From Octopus sinensis (taxonomy: Eukaryota): 64,000 nucleotides of DNA. A model generated the notes under the pieces. The model searched no databases. It had not been told where the DNA came from and was given only the letters and a program-made list of their open reading frames with translations. The stretch spans positions 73,160,001 to 73,224,000 of the forward strand of contig NC_043000.1 in the NCBI RefSeq assembly GCF_006345805.1, written 5' to 3'. The translations under genes were made by a program, and so were the position numbers. This document shows, one piece after another, positions 36,880-49,735 of the stretch (positions are counted from its first letter, which is position 1; each line of letters opens with the position of its first letter).

Positions 36880-37620
36880 TATATATAGATAGGGGAAATG
36901 AAGTTCAGATTTGCATTACAGCAAAATGCTCTCTACATAGTGAGACAACCACAAGAGAAACTTTTAGATAAAAGTAAGCCAGGTAAAGAGTAGGCTACGT
37001 AGAGACATAGCTTTTGTTGATCTGGAAAAGCTAGGAGTAGATAAATGGCTTGTGAAAGCGAAGCAAGCTTTGTACTAAGAAGCAGTCAGCAAAATGAATT
37101 AGAGAAATTTAGGGTGCATGTAGCTGTCCATCAAGGTTTAGTTCTCAACCACCCACTATGTATTAGTTCTCCAAGTCATAATGGAAGTGCTTAAAACCAG
37201 TTACTCATGGGAGCTCTAATCTTTATAAGAGAAACTGTGGAGGATTTTGATAAAATATGTGCAAACAAAAGAATTAAGAGGCCATGAAGTAATTGTCATA
37301 AAAACTAAAATTTTAGTAGTAATTTCTTTTTTTACTAAATTAAATTTAATAGGAAAAAGACAAGACTGATGCCATTAGGAAAAGGGCAAGAAGAAATTCG
37401 ATTCAGTGCACTCTATGGATACACAAGAGTTGCAGTTGAGTCAAAAGCAAGCTGAGAGTGAATAAAAACTTTGCTTGTGATAGATGTACAAGAGTAGTTA
37501 GCAGTCAGTATACTAGTAAAATAAATTCCTTGTAATACTCAAATGGCTCTATTGAAGTAGTTGATTGCTTTTTGGCTGTGATGGAGAACTTTGAAAGCCT
37601 AGCAGCTAGAACTATATGGT
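36880..37620 (+). mobile_element. Decayed RTE RT remnant
   Basis: AFVDLEK.LGVDKWLV and VHVAVHQGLVL are homologous to the RTE RT at 45182-45958. Confidence 0.6.
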
Positions 37621-38359
37621 TAAGAAAAAATTTTCCCTTGCATTTCTCTTTCCTTTAATAACCCTTTACCCAAAATTTTCTTATTTCTTTTTCCTTCATG
37701 TTCCCTCCCCCTCATATTTACCCTTACAATGTAGGATAATACTAGGCACCCTACACAACTGACCTCATCACTCTTTCTATTCCATACTTCTCATTCTCAC
37801 TAACCCTAAATACTAATTTCTTTCATTTTCTCCAGTCTCTTTCATGCCTTCTCTGTTACTCTTACCACTATCACTTCTCACAACAATAAATTTATTCCTC
37901 TTATCACTTCACCTAAAGTCAACAATCTCTCTTCTATTCTCCTTTTAGTTATAGGGCTCTTTAGTGTTGCAAGCTACAAAGTGAGCTCACAAGTGTTGGT
38001 ACATATAAAAAGCTCCCAGTAAGGTCTGTAAAGTGGTTGGCATTAAGAAAGGGCATCCAGTCATAAGAACCATCAAAAAATTCAGTCCTCCAGTTGGTCA
38101 AATATTGTAAAACTGTCTAATTCCTGCCAATATGGAAAGCGGACATAAAATGAAGATGATTGTATGTATATGTGTGTGTGTATGTGTGCCCCACCCATAT
38201 ATATATATACATATATTTAGAGTAAAAATAGAAAAGCATAAATTTCAGGCATAGTTCATATTGTAATTGAGTTCTCTATTTGTTTCATTAGAATGAGCAT
38301 CATTAAATGTATAATTAAATAATTGTGATACATAATTAATTCAGTTAAATTAAATTAGT

Positions 38360-38492
38360 TTAAAGGCTGTGTTTATCCAAATCATCAGGAATATTGTGCT
38401 ATGTTAATCGGAAAATTGTTACTCAGTAAGAGTGGTTTTCTGATTAACATCCCATAATATTCCTGATGATTTTTGGTAAACACAGCCTTTAA
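38360..38492. repeat. Imperfect fold-back hairpin (~56-bp arms, 20-nt loop)
   Basis: TTAAAGGCTGTGTTTA..ATCATCAGGAATATT..ATGTTAATCGGAAAA pairs with TTTTCTGATTAACAT..AATATTCCTGATGAT..TAAACACAGCCTTTAA. Confidence 0.88.
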
Positions 38493-38849
38493 CCTTAATT
38501 ACTTAATTTTGTATTGTAATAAATAATTATAAATACTTCATTTTTGAATTTGGTTAGGAAGATTCTTGATGTAAATTCATATGTTGAAACAAATCTTGTG
38601 TATTGGGAGGGCCATTACACCAATAATAGTAATAATACATATACTGGTTCATTATCATTTCTTTTATTTTTAGTCAGTTGGTTAAATATGTAACCAACTA
38701 ATGTTTGTTTAATGTACTGGTTAAGCAATCAGTTGTTTATTAGTCAAAGTTCATTCATTGCTGTTTGCCTTCTCAGTGACTTACCTTTCTTTCCAAGGTC
38801 TGCTCTGAGTCAGTCCAAGAATTTGTCTTAAGCCTGTGTGTATGTATGC

Positions 38850-39760
38850 TTGTATGTGTGAATGTAGATGTATATTTGCTTAAGAGAGGAGGTAAGAGTG
38901 AGAGTAAATGGAAACAATGAAAATGATGAAAACAATAACAACAACAGTACTCTAAACTTTTTTCTATAATCCCAATGATGCCTCATGAGATGACAAGGAT
39001 TTACCCTCAAAACTTACCATTCAACAAAAGAGTATGCATCCCACCACACACAGATGGTAAGACAGAGGTAAAAATGTCTATGTGAGCACTGAAGACCTCC
39101 TTAGTAGTGTCAATGAGTGTAACTGCTCCAATGACCTTGCAGGTTGTGGATAAAAAAATCAACAAACATAGGCAGGTACCTCAGCTTTTCCAGTGTTTAC
39201 ACAATATATTTCATAAGATCGATGAAAACTTGGTATAGAAGTCTCTGTTCAATGCATTTCTCTTACAACTGTTTGATGCTAAAGATCATGTTGGTGGTAC
39301 CTCTATCAAAATGAAACTCTAGAACAATGATGGAGTGGAGCATATGTATGTCAGCAACCAATTCAGTAAATGTTTTGAGAAATATCTTACCAACAGTAAA
39401 GAAATACCATGAAAATACCATAGCTGGACTTGGCACCATTTTCCTTGTAAAATGAAATCAGTATAGCATCTCTCTCCAATTCTGTGATCCATTCCATATG
39501 TGGACAATTAGCATAGTCACAAGCAACTACATCCCCATCCTGCTTAATAACTTCAACTGGTATACCATCAGTTCAGGGAGCAGGGTGGAGGCAGGGGTAA
39601 GGTCTGAGTTGATCTGTTTAATGGCAATTTTGACTTCAATGTTAGTAACCATTTCTTCAATAATATGGTGCTGCAATAGACATACTATGATTTTCTCATC
39701 AGTTGTGGGTGGGGTGTCAAAAAGGTCTGTGAAATGCTCTATCCATCTCTTCAGCACTAC
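38850..39760 (-). mobile_element. Decayed RTE (BovB-like) LINE fragment
   Basis: LKRWIEHFTDLFD..EVKIAIKQIN, plus downstream RT motifs with stops. Confidence 0.65.
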
Positions 39761-40573
39761 TGGTTAAAGTTAAATCTTTGGAAAAGAAAAGAGGAATTTT
39801 TGGTGGGTAAGGACAAAATATGTGTTTTAATGAGCTGTGTATTGTTTTGAAATCTTTGTCATTTGAATATCTACAGATATTTGCCAAATCTCAGAGTTTG
39901 TCAACATTCAACTATTTCAAAACTTTTCCCAATAAACAGCTTTAACCATACTCATACAAGGTAGTGAGACATCCAACATGTAGCCATATGCAAAACTAAT
40001 GCTACAGAGATTATAAATGTCATGTTTACATATGACAAAGTCAATAAGATAGCCCTGTTTCTACTAAGGATGTGTCTAAGGAACTTTATGTTTGGGGTTT
40101 TGGTGGAATAGTGTATTATCTATCAAAAGCCCCAGTTCATAATATATCTTTTTACCTACGCTGAAGTATCCCCAGTTATACTATGTATTACAGTCATAAC
40201 CTACTATGACATTGAAGTCACCAGATAAAATGACTTGTTACTAGTTAGTGTGGAAAGAATGACATTTCTAAGATTCTCTAAGAAAAGAGTTAGAGTTTCT
40301 TCCATTGAGTGAAGAGTTGGTGCATACACAGAGGAGAAAGTCACATGGTCCCCACAAGACAATGGCAACCAAAATTTAATATGAACAGCTACATTTGTTC
40401 TTCTTTGTAGATAGGCTGGATAAGTTATTTAAACATTTAAAGTGAATTGTTTTCCTTCCAATTCAAGTTGCACTACTGCAATATTCAGATGAATTGTTTA
40501 TTTTTTTTACTAGTAATTTCTAATTAATAAATATGGCTTTGACTTATTGAAGTGGTATCTAATAATCTTTTTT

Positions 40574-40850
40574 CTATTACTTGTTTTAGTCATTAGACTG
40601 TGGCCTTGCTGGGGCACTGCCTTAAAGAATTTTTAGTCAAATGAATCAACCTCTGTATTTAATTTTTTAAGCCTGATACTTATTGTATCAGTCTCTATTG
40701 CCAAACTGCTAGGTTATGGGGATGTAAGCACACCAACAAACCAATACTGGCTGTCAAGTAGCGGTGGGGAACAAACACAGACACAAAGACACACACACAC
40801 ACATATATATGACAGGCTTCTTTCAGCTTCTGTCTACCAAATTCACTCAT
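40574..40850 (-). mobile_element. tRNA-derived SINE (family A), head truncated
   Basis: Homologous to the body and tail of 20356-20745. Confidence 0.75.
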
Positions 40851-41277
40851 GAATTACAAGAAATGAATATATGAATGAAACCAACATTTTTTGTTGTAAG
40901 GCTATAGTTTATTAAGTGTTTAAAAATAAACATATATAAATAAAAACATTACAACTTACTTTCCTCACTTAGCATGATGATGAGTCCCACAAGTCATCAA
41001 GTGATCAAGGAACCACAGAAAACCATCTTCATATAGTGCATCTAGTGCAGAACCTATTTCTCTCCAAGTTAATGAAACATTCATCAATTTTTCAGTATTA
41101 CATACAGTGAAATTTTCATACCTCTTAGTACCTATTTTCAGCCAGATGACTGAACTCTTTTGGGAGTCAAGTGATTTGATCAAATATAGTGCACAGCAAG
41201 CTGGTAGTCTAACATTCTAGCAACTTGGACTTTCAAACACTAGTGATTATGATGCATAGAAATTGATAATGTCTTAC

Positions 41278-41400
41278 TCTATGATACCATGGCATATTAA
41301 CGAAATGCAACAATGGCATTCCTTCATCACTCATAGCAGCCAACCAACCACATGATCCATAATATTTTGGGAAAGCCCAGCCATTGGAAGATGGGAACAT
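41278..41400 (-). CDS. DIPK2A: DIPK2A homologue, exon 2
   Basis: catttcag|ATG...AGA|gtaaga, 123 bp, phase 0 to 0. MFPSSNGWAFPKYYGSCGWLAAMSDEGMPLLHFVNMPWYHR matches FP..EGWPF.KY.GACGR..PW..R. Not in the ORF track. Confidence 0.92.
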
Positions 41401-41689
41401 CTGAAATGAAATTTAAAAAACTGTTATAATGTAACTGATATGAAATTGAGGGGGATCTGATTAGTATTTATTAAATAGCCCAAACACAGAACTAGAAACT
41501 AGAAAACAAAATCTTGTAGATGAAATCTATGGAAGGGGTAACAACAACAAAACACTCAGATACAAGTTTTAGATTATCATTTTTTATTATCACTAGCAGA
41601 ATATTTGCTATTACCCATGCTAGACAGTAGGTATAAAATGGTTGAGAACTCTTAATGAAAGTATTGTGTCATCCTATAAATAATGTGGT

Positions 41690-42630
41690 TTTTTGAATTG
41701 CATGAACTAAAAGTCGGAGGGGAACGGCTTGAACTACCTGCATGAACTTGCTTTATAAGCAGGTAGTAATTTTACCTTGTCCTTGTTCTCAGTGCAAGTT
41801 TTGAAGAGTGCAGTTCGATTTTAAGTTATTTTTTTAAAGCTATAATGGAAGTGACAATGGAGTATATTTGACATATTTTGCTTTATGAGTTCAATAAAAG
41901 CAACAACACAATGGAAGGTGTGAGGAATATTAATGTAGTATATGGGGATCAGGCAACAAGCATAAGCCAGTGTCAATGTGATTCTAGAAATTCCAAGCTG
42001 GAATCTACAACCTAGAAGATGAGCCTTGTCCTGGGAGATCTGTAGAGCTTGATGAGGATATCCTGCAAACCCTGGTGGAATGAAATCCTATCATAACTGT
42101 TGAAGAACTAGTAGAGAAGCTTAGATTTGTTCATTCAACCATTCATTGACAGCTGGGTGCTATTGGAAAAGTCAGCAAATTAGGTCAATGGTTGCCCACA
42201 AACATTCCAAGTCTAATCGCATGCAGAGAATGAATGTGTGCTCTTCTTTGCTGTTACATCTCAAGAATGAACCTTTTTTTGACTGAATAGTGACTGGTGA
42301 CAAGAAATGGGTTCTCTATAAAAATGTCAAGCTCCGTAAACAGTGGGTAGGGAAACAAGAAACATTGGCACCCCAGGCTAAAGAAGGTCTTTACCCATGC
42401 AAGGTGTTGTTATTTGTTTGGTGGGATATGAAAGGTTCAGTCCACTTTGAACATTTAAACTCAAACCAAATGATAACAAAGACCTACTGTGAATAGCTTG
42501 AGTGGCTTAAGTCAGCACTAGAAAAAAGACAACCATCTTTGGTTTCAAGATGAAAGGTGTTCTTCCATCAGGAAGGCCACATACAGCGAGAATGATATTC
42601 CAAAGGCTGGAGTAGTTTGAATGGGAAAAC
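41690..42630 (+). mobile_element. Decayed mariner (Mos1-like) transposon
   Basis: ATG at 41845: MEVTMEYI*HILLYEFNK..LGQWLP..VTGDKKWVLYKN..KVLLFVWWDMKG. Confidence 0.88.
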
Positions 42631-43019
42631 AAATTTCCAAATAAATCAGGTACAATCCTACAGCATTATATGCATTTACATATCATACCTTGGGGTCTTA
42701 TTCATCATATATTTATTTATCTATAAATATACAAAGTAGCTGATAAAAGTCAATATTAATTCAATTTGGGGGGATTAATCGATATGCGGGTATTCTATTT
42801 CAGATAATACAAAAAATAACCCAATGAGTATATCTGAAAGTAAACTCATTGTATTATGAAATGATACTTAAAGGATATAACCAAAATTACCAGCAGGGTA
42901 TATAATATACTTCATTAATTATCTCCTACTTTAGTTAATACTTAAATTTATTAAATATGAAGGAACTACATGTATTTCAGTATTGGAAGATTACAATATA
43001 TATACATATACACAACTGT

Positions 43020-43100
<81 letters not shown>
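43020..43100. repeat. (TA)n microsatellite
   Basis: Long uninterrupted TA run. Confidence 0.95.
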
Positions 43101-43110
<10 letters not shown>

Positions 43111-43329
43111 TAAATACATATATGCAATCATCAGATTCACAATTATTCAAGCACAAGTGGGTTCATGTCTTCTTTTTTTTTGCTGGTTCTAAAATGGTGA
43201 TTAGAGGAAGAAGATAGCAGGGAACTATGGGTATTTATAGGTGATTAGTACCAAGTGGATAATTACACTATACGTAGTTTTAATTTTAAATTATCCACTA
43301 TTATTATTTTCAAATTCACCTATATTGGG

Positions 43330-43925
43330 AGGCATATATGATTTGTTATATAATTTTAATAATATCTAATTCATATATTTATTTATTTAAATTATTGCAT
43401 TATTATCATTCATTTATTTATTTATATAGTTTATTCAAGTGCTTTAGAAATAAAATTATGTGGTTATTTGATTCAGGAGTTGGGGGTTTAGTACTTCATT
43501 TTACTAGATGTAAAATTACTTTGGTGCCTACATTTAACTCTTCATTCATCATGTGTGCTTAATAATTAATCTCTAGACAGTTATGCATAATAAATACATT
43601 TTATTCCTAATATTTTAGGTGTGGGCTCTACCTATAATACTCAAATTAAGGGTGTACTCTCTGATTATGACACTTTTAATAAACATACCCCATGTTATAA
43701 TAAAGCTTTAAAACAAGCAAAATACAATTCTAATATAAAATTCTTTAGTTATTATGAGCACATTAATAATAATAATATTAATAATAATAATAATAATAAT
43801 GATAATAATAATAATAGTAATAATAATAATATAACAAGTATTCCTAATAAAACTAATAATAAATCTAACAGTAAAAATAAGTAAAAGACAATATAACAAA
43901 CTAAATAAAGATAAAAATAATATAG
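43330..43925 (+). mobile_element. Penelope-like RT C-terminal remnant with (AAT)n tract
   Basis: FNKHTPCYNKALKQAKYNSNIKF matches PLE F.KA.P.Y..AL..SGY...I.Y. Confidence 0.55.
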
Positions 43926-46900
43926 CCAACCACTCCGTGAGTGTAGTGGGTGCTTTTTATGTGCCACCCGCACAGGTGCCAGACGGAGCTGGCAAATGGC
44001 CACAAACAGATGGTGCTTTTACGTGCCACCGGCACGGGGGCCGGGCGAGGCTGGCAACGGCCACGAACGGATGGTGCTTTTACGTGCTACCAGCACGGAG
44101 GCCAGTTGGGGCGGTGCTGGCAACAGCCACGATCGGATGGTTCGCTTAACCACAGCTGCAATTTCCATTGATGTTGATCGACTTCGATTTTGGTTCTGCT
44201 TTCTGATATCTGATTTGATTTGGTTTGATTTTGATTTTTGATTTGATTTTGATTTTCACTTGTCTCAACGGGTCTTCACAAGTGGAGTTTTGTGTCCCAA
44301 GAAGGAAAGGTATGTAGGCCACAGGTTATGTTCTCACTAGTCTTGCCGGGTCTTCTCACGCACAACATACTTTCATAGGTCTCGGTCTCTAGTCATTTCC
44401 TTGGTGAGACCTAAAGCTTGAAGGTCGTGCTTCACCACCTCGTCCCATGTTTTCCTGGGTCTACCTCTTCCACAGGTTCCCTCAACTGCTAGGGTGTGGC
44501 ACTTTTGCACACAACTATCTTCAGCCATTCTCGTCACATGACCATACCAGCGCAAACGTCTCTCTTGCACACCACAACTGATGCTTCTTAGGTCCAACTT
44601 TTCTCTCATGGTACTTATACTCTATCGATTATGAACACTGACATTACACATCCATTGGAGCATACTGGCTTCATTTCTTGCGAGCTTACGCAAATCCTCA
44701 GCAGTCACAGCCCATGTTTCACTACCATGTAGCATGGCTGTACGTACACATGCATCATACAGTCTGCCTTTTACTCTGAGCGAGAGGCCTTTTGTCACCA
44801 GCAGGGGTAAGAGCTCTCTAAACTTTGCCCAGGCTATTCTTACTCTAGTAGTTACACTTTCAGCACACCCACTCCCGCAACTGACTTGGTCACCTAGGTA
44901 GCGGAAGCTAACAACTACTTCTAGTTTTTCTCCCTGGAACGTGGTAGAAGTTGGTCTCTGCATATTTTCAGAGTTTATTGCTCCTGAGCATCTGCCACAG
45001 ATAAAAACTATTTTCCTAGTTAGTCTTCCTTTGACATTACTACACCTCTTATGTGTCCATAGCTTACACTTGGTGCACCTTATAGAGTTTCTACCTACGC
45101 CTTTTTTACAGATCGAGTAGGGCCATCTACCTGAAGGCGTTTGTGATTGGTCTACCTTCCTACTTAGGACTTTGGTTTTGGCTAGGTTGATTCTAAACCT
45201 TGCTTCCACACCTGAAACTTCTCCTCCAGTTCTGATAGAGACTCAGCAATTAGAGCAAGGTCATCAGCATAGAGGAGCTCCCAGGGGCATCCTGTCTTGA
45301 ATTCCTCCGTTATTGCCTGGAGGACTATGATAAATAGGAGGGGACTAAGGACTGAACCTTGGTGGACCCCAACCTCTACCCGGAATTCTTCACTGTACTC
45401 GTTGCCAACCCTCACCTTACTAGCAGCGTCTCTGTACATGGCTCGCACAGCTCTCACTAACCATTCATCTATCCCTAGTTTCCTCATTGACCACCAGATA
45501 AGGGATCGGGGGACCCTGTCGAAGGCTTTCTCCATATCAACAAAAGCCAGGTACAGGGGCTTGTCTTTGGCTAGGTATTTCTCCTGCAGCTGTCTTACCA
45601 GGAATATAGCATCAGTAGCACTTTTCCCTGGCCCAAACCCAAACTGCATCTCATCTAAACTAACTCTCTCTCTAATTAGTTGAGCTATGACCCTCTCCAT
45701 AAACTTCATTACCTGATCCAATAGCTTGATACCTCTGTAGTTATTTGTATCTAGGGCGTCACCTTTACCTTTGTAGCAGTTGACTATTATGCTGCTACAC
45801 CAGCCATTGGGTATGACTCCTTCGTGTATCACCTGATTAACTATATGGGTGACTAGGCTATAGCCGACACTACCAAATATTTTGAGCATCTCTGCAGTGA
45901 TTCCTGATGGACCTGGGGCTTTCCCTGTCTTCATGCTTCTAATTGCCTTAGCTACCAAGGAACTGTCAACTCAGATAGCTGGTCCCTCTGTTGGGTCGAC
46001 ATTCGGCAGACTCTCTTTATCCCATTCATTTTCTTTATTCAGCAACCTTTCATAGTGGTGTCTCCAAACTTCTCTCTTTGCATCCTCATTTAGCGCAAGT
46101 GAGCCATCATCCTTGCGAACACATTTCTCTCCTACCACATCACGATTCTCTCTCACACACTGTCTTGCAATACGAAATACCTCAAGCCTTTCATCCTCAC
46201 GGCGCAGAACATTGGCAAATTTTTTCTTATCTGCTTCCCCTCTGGCTAAATACACCTGCCTCCTAGCTTCCCTTCTGGCAGTCTGATACACTTCCCTGCT
46301 ACCACCGTTCTTCCAGTCCTTCCAAGCCTGTTTCTTTTGTCTAATAGCCCTGTCAACAATATTGTTCCACCACTACGTTATTTTGGGTCTTGAGGGGACT
46401 TTGCACCAGCCACAGATCTGGTCAGTGGCTTTCAGCAGGTTGTCCCTTAGAAGCGTCCACTTATCTTCTACCCCATGTGTTGAAGGCTTCAAATAACATG
46501 TCTCTAAATCTCTGTCCATTTGCAGGGTCTTTAAGCTTCCAGACCCCTCTTCTCCATGCTGGTCGTCTTCTAGTCGTCCTCTTAGTCCTGATCCTAAAGT
46601 CACTAACTACCAGTCTATGTTGTGGGGTACATTCTTCGCCTGGGAAGGTTTTGGCATTTATAAGCAGCCATCTTGCCCTTTTTCTGGCAAGGATGTAGTC
46701 GATTTGGCTAGTATGCCGGCCCGATCGGTAGGTGACCAAGTGGCTTGTCAGTTTCCTGAAGTTAGTGTTGCAAACCATAAGACTTCGCATCACAGAACTC
46801 CAGCAGCCTGGTTCCCTCCTCGTTGCGGGAACCATAACCGTAGCCTCCATGTACGCCATGGAAGCCCCCAGCATATTGTCCAACATGCCCATTGAAGTCA

Positions 46901-47700
46901 CCAGCCACAAAGAGAAGGTCCCTGTCGTTCGTCAATGAGGTGGTCTGCAGTAGGGTGTCATAGAAACGGTCTTTCTGTCCATCGGGTAGCCCTGGCTGAG
47001 GGGCATAGGCCGATATAATAGTTGCTAAACTATGATGGAGCACTAATCTAATTTTCAGTATTCTGTCACATACTCTGACTACCTCGATTACCTTATCTAC
47101 CCATTTTTCGGCGATAAGTATACCCACACCCCCGACCCCTTCAGTATTCCCAGCCCAGAAAATCTTGTACCTCTGTCCTTTACCTGTTAGGAACCTAGCA
47201 GAATCTCCTCTCCACCTCACTTCTTGAATACAGCATATATCGACACACCTCCGTTCAAGCAATTCAACGATCTCGCCAGATCTGCCTTTCAGTGTGCCAA
47301 CGTTGAGGGTGCCAACCCTGAGGGAGTGGGAGGTATTGGCCCTAGTAGCATCATGAACCTCAAAAGAAAACTCGCGTTTGGCAGGATTCATAGACAAACA
47401 ATAAAACTCAAGTTCAAACCGCATACGCTACACTAACATATCTTGCAATGAATGACCACTACCTTTTATGGAAGGAGGTGTGGGTGGCGTAAGACTTTGA
47501 AGTGTACATGGGAGACAACAAGGATGAGAAAATTTAGGACTTCCTGTAGCGGTGGGGGTGGCATAAGAATTTGAAGTGTACATGGGAGACAACAAGGATG
47601 AGAAAATTTAGAACTTCCTGTAACGGTGGAGGGGGTGTAACGGTGGAGGGGGTGTAACGGTGGAGGGGGTGGGAGGGCGGGCGAACCCGCGAAAACTAGC
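43926..47700 (-). mobile_element. Near full-length RTE LINE (APE, RT, PHD finger), inactivated by frameshifts
   Basis: LRVGTLNVGTLKG..CIQEVRW..AYAPQ..AGDFNGHVG (APE, 46762-47424); NYRGIKLL..AFVDMEKAFDRV..HQGSVLSP..YADD (RT, 45182-45958). Seven ORF pieces. Three 3' array units; the terminal tail is missing. Confidence 0.95.
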
Positions 47701-47959
47701 AGCCATGTGTGAGTGGGGAAGGAAAAACTTATATAAAATAAGGAGCTATAAAATTATAAATATTTATTCTATATTTAACGAGACGTGAGGCTGATCGATA
47801 AAATTAGGGGGACAATCCATAGGATTATAAATATATTTAACACAGGCCATGAGAGAGACAACAATAACTAATGAATTATACATAATATGTAATACGAGGC
47901 GAGGCTGAAATAAACAGAGTAAAAGTGAAAAAGTCATAACATAAATAGAGATAAAACAT

Positions 47960-49153
47960 GGGGACAGCTAATGAAATTAAAAAAAGAATATCCCAACACA
48001 AATGTGTCCTCTAGCCAAGAGATTTTTGATGCAGCAGCTCACAACTATAACGAGGGTCTAGCTGCTAGCAGATTTAGGGACCACATCAACTACATGCTGG
48101 GCCCCAACATCCATAGAAGGAAGTGCCACAGAAATATCATTTAGTTAGCCACCCCTCCCTTCTCAATGTGAAAACATCTGTAGGTAGGATATTCTTTAAG
48201 TTAATAAACATTTCATTAGTTCACATAGATACAGATGCATTTTCAGCAGGCACAACCTTAGGGTCTCTTTTAGCTGTGCCCCCAATATTAAGAGCATTCT
48301 AATTAGCATCTCTAGACCATGAGCAGAGGCAGGCTCTTCATGCAACAGATGCCCAGTGAGGAGGCCACTGAAAAACCAAGGGAGTCATCTATGAAGCCAA
48401 GGTACTGGCCAACTGTAGCAGCAGCAGCAAAATCAGCAGCTACCCTAACAGTGACCATAGTAGCAGCAAAATGTGGACAGAACCAACAGCACCATCAACA
48501 GCGATAGCAACAATAACAATATCAACGACAGAAATGACAGCAGCAGCTTCCCTAATGACTACGGCTACAGCAGCAAGCTTAATAGTTTCAATAGCAACAG
48601 TGTCAGTACGATTCCCAGTGATAACAACAATAACAGTGACGGCAGCAACAGCAGTGTCCGTAAGGGAAATAGCAGCAGAGACATAGCCAATGGCATTTAC
48701 AACAGCAATGACAGCACTTTCATCAATGGCAATGGCCGTAATAACAACAAAGGCATCTTTACCAACACCAGTAGTGGCAACACCAACACCATTGCCACCT
48801 CCAATAACACCAAAATCAGCAGTGCCAACACCAACATCAGTTGTTCCGGCAACTCATTCAAACAATACCCGTCCAACCACAGATCCTCCTTCAGGATACT
48901 GGAGAGGAGATTTGTCATGTCATTAGCAAGCCATGTATGGCAGCTGATAGACGATGGGATTCCATACACAATACCATGGGGAATCCTAGAAAATCCAGGC
49001 CGCTACATTAATAGGACCAATTGCTGTAAATTATGCATAGCGGAATGGGTGAGGATCCTAAAGGACTCTCTCGACCTAGGGAACAGACTGAACTCCAGAA
49101 TGGAGGTCTTCGGACCATGCTTACATCTCAGAAATTTCCTGCTACCCTATTAG
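47960..49153 (+). mobile_element. Penelope-like remnant (RT end and GIY-YIG split by an N/S-rich tract)
   Basis: SSQEIFDAAAHNYNEGLAAS; KGVIYEAKV; SFKQYPSNHRSSFR..LASHVWQL..IPWGIL..CCKLCIAE..LNSRMEVFGPCLH. Confidence 0.8.
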
Positions 49154-49545
49154 AACACACGGGATAAGAGGGTCATTGGTGATTAATAGCCAAAGAGATA
49201 CAATCCCCTTTGTTGACATCAGTGATCGATATCAAAGGGGAGACAATCCCTTTTGTTGGCATTGACTAACAGAGTCCTTTACTCCTCCATACTCTAGAGA
49301 GACCACTCGTTCGAGAGGCCTTTAGCCAACAGGTTTTGGGATCTGATGATACACCTAACTTTAATATATACTGCTCTATAACTTAGAATGAGCTTCTTTC
49401 TTTGGATTTAGGCTTACATATGATACACACACACACATATATATACATATATATATATATATATACATATACATTACATACGTATATATATGTGTGTATA
49501 TATATATATACATATATACATTACATATATATACATACATATATA

Positions 49546-49735
49546 TATAATGGTATTTTTATATAAGCTTAAAGCTTATGGCAATCACCGTGCAATGACT
49601 AAGGAAACTAGTCTAATAATGGGGCATATAAGCCCTCGACAGAAAAAAGACTTTCCTATTTGCGTGGGACTTGAACCCACATCCCTTTGTTAACACGACT
49701 AAGTGTGTGACTTTTACACCAGTGAACCAGCCTTC
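49546..49735 (-). mobile_element. tRNA-derived SINE-like element (family D)
   Basis: Minus head GGTTCACTGGTGTAAAAG..GTGGGTTCAAGTCCCACG (A/B-box-like). Its ~70-bp tail is repeated at ~49843-49912. Confidence 0.55.

Noticed and set aside
40965-41183. ORF next to DIPK2A exon 2 as a possible extra exon
   Set aside because: No DIPK2A motif is present, and exons 2 and 3 join in frame without a gap in homology.
43330-49153. One PLE split by the RTE insertion
   Set aside because: The left and right fragments both cover the same RT C-terminal motif, so they are two separate copies.
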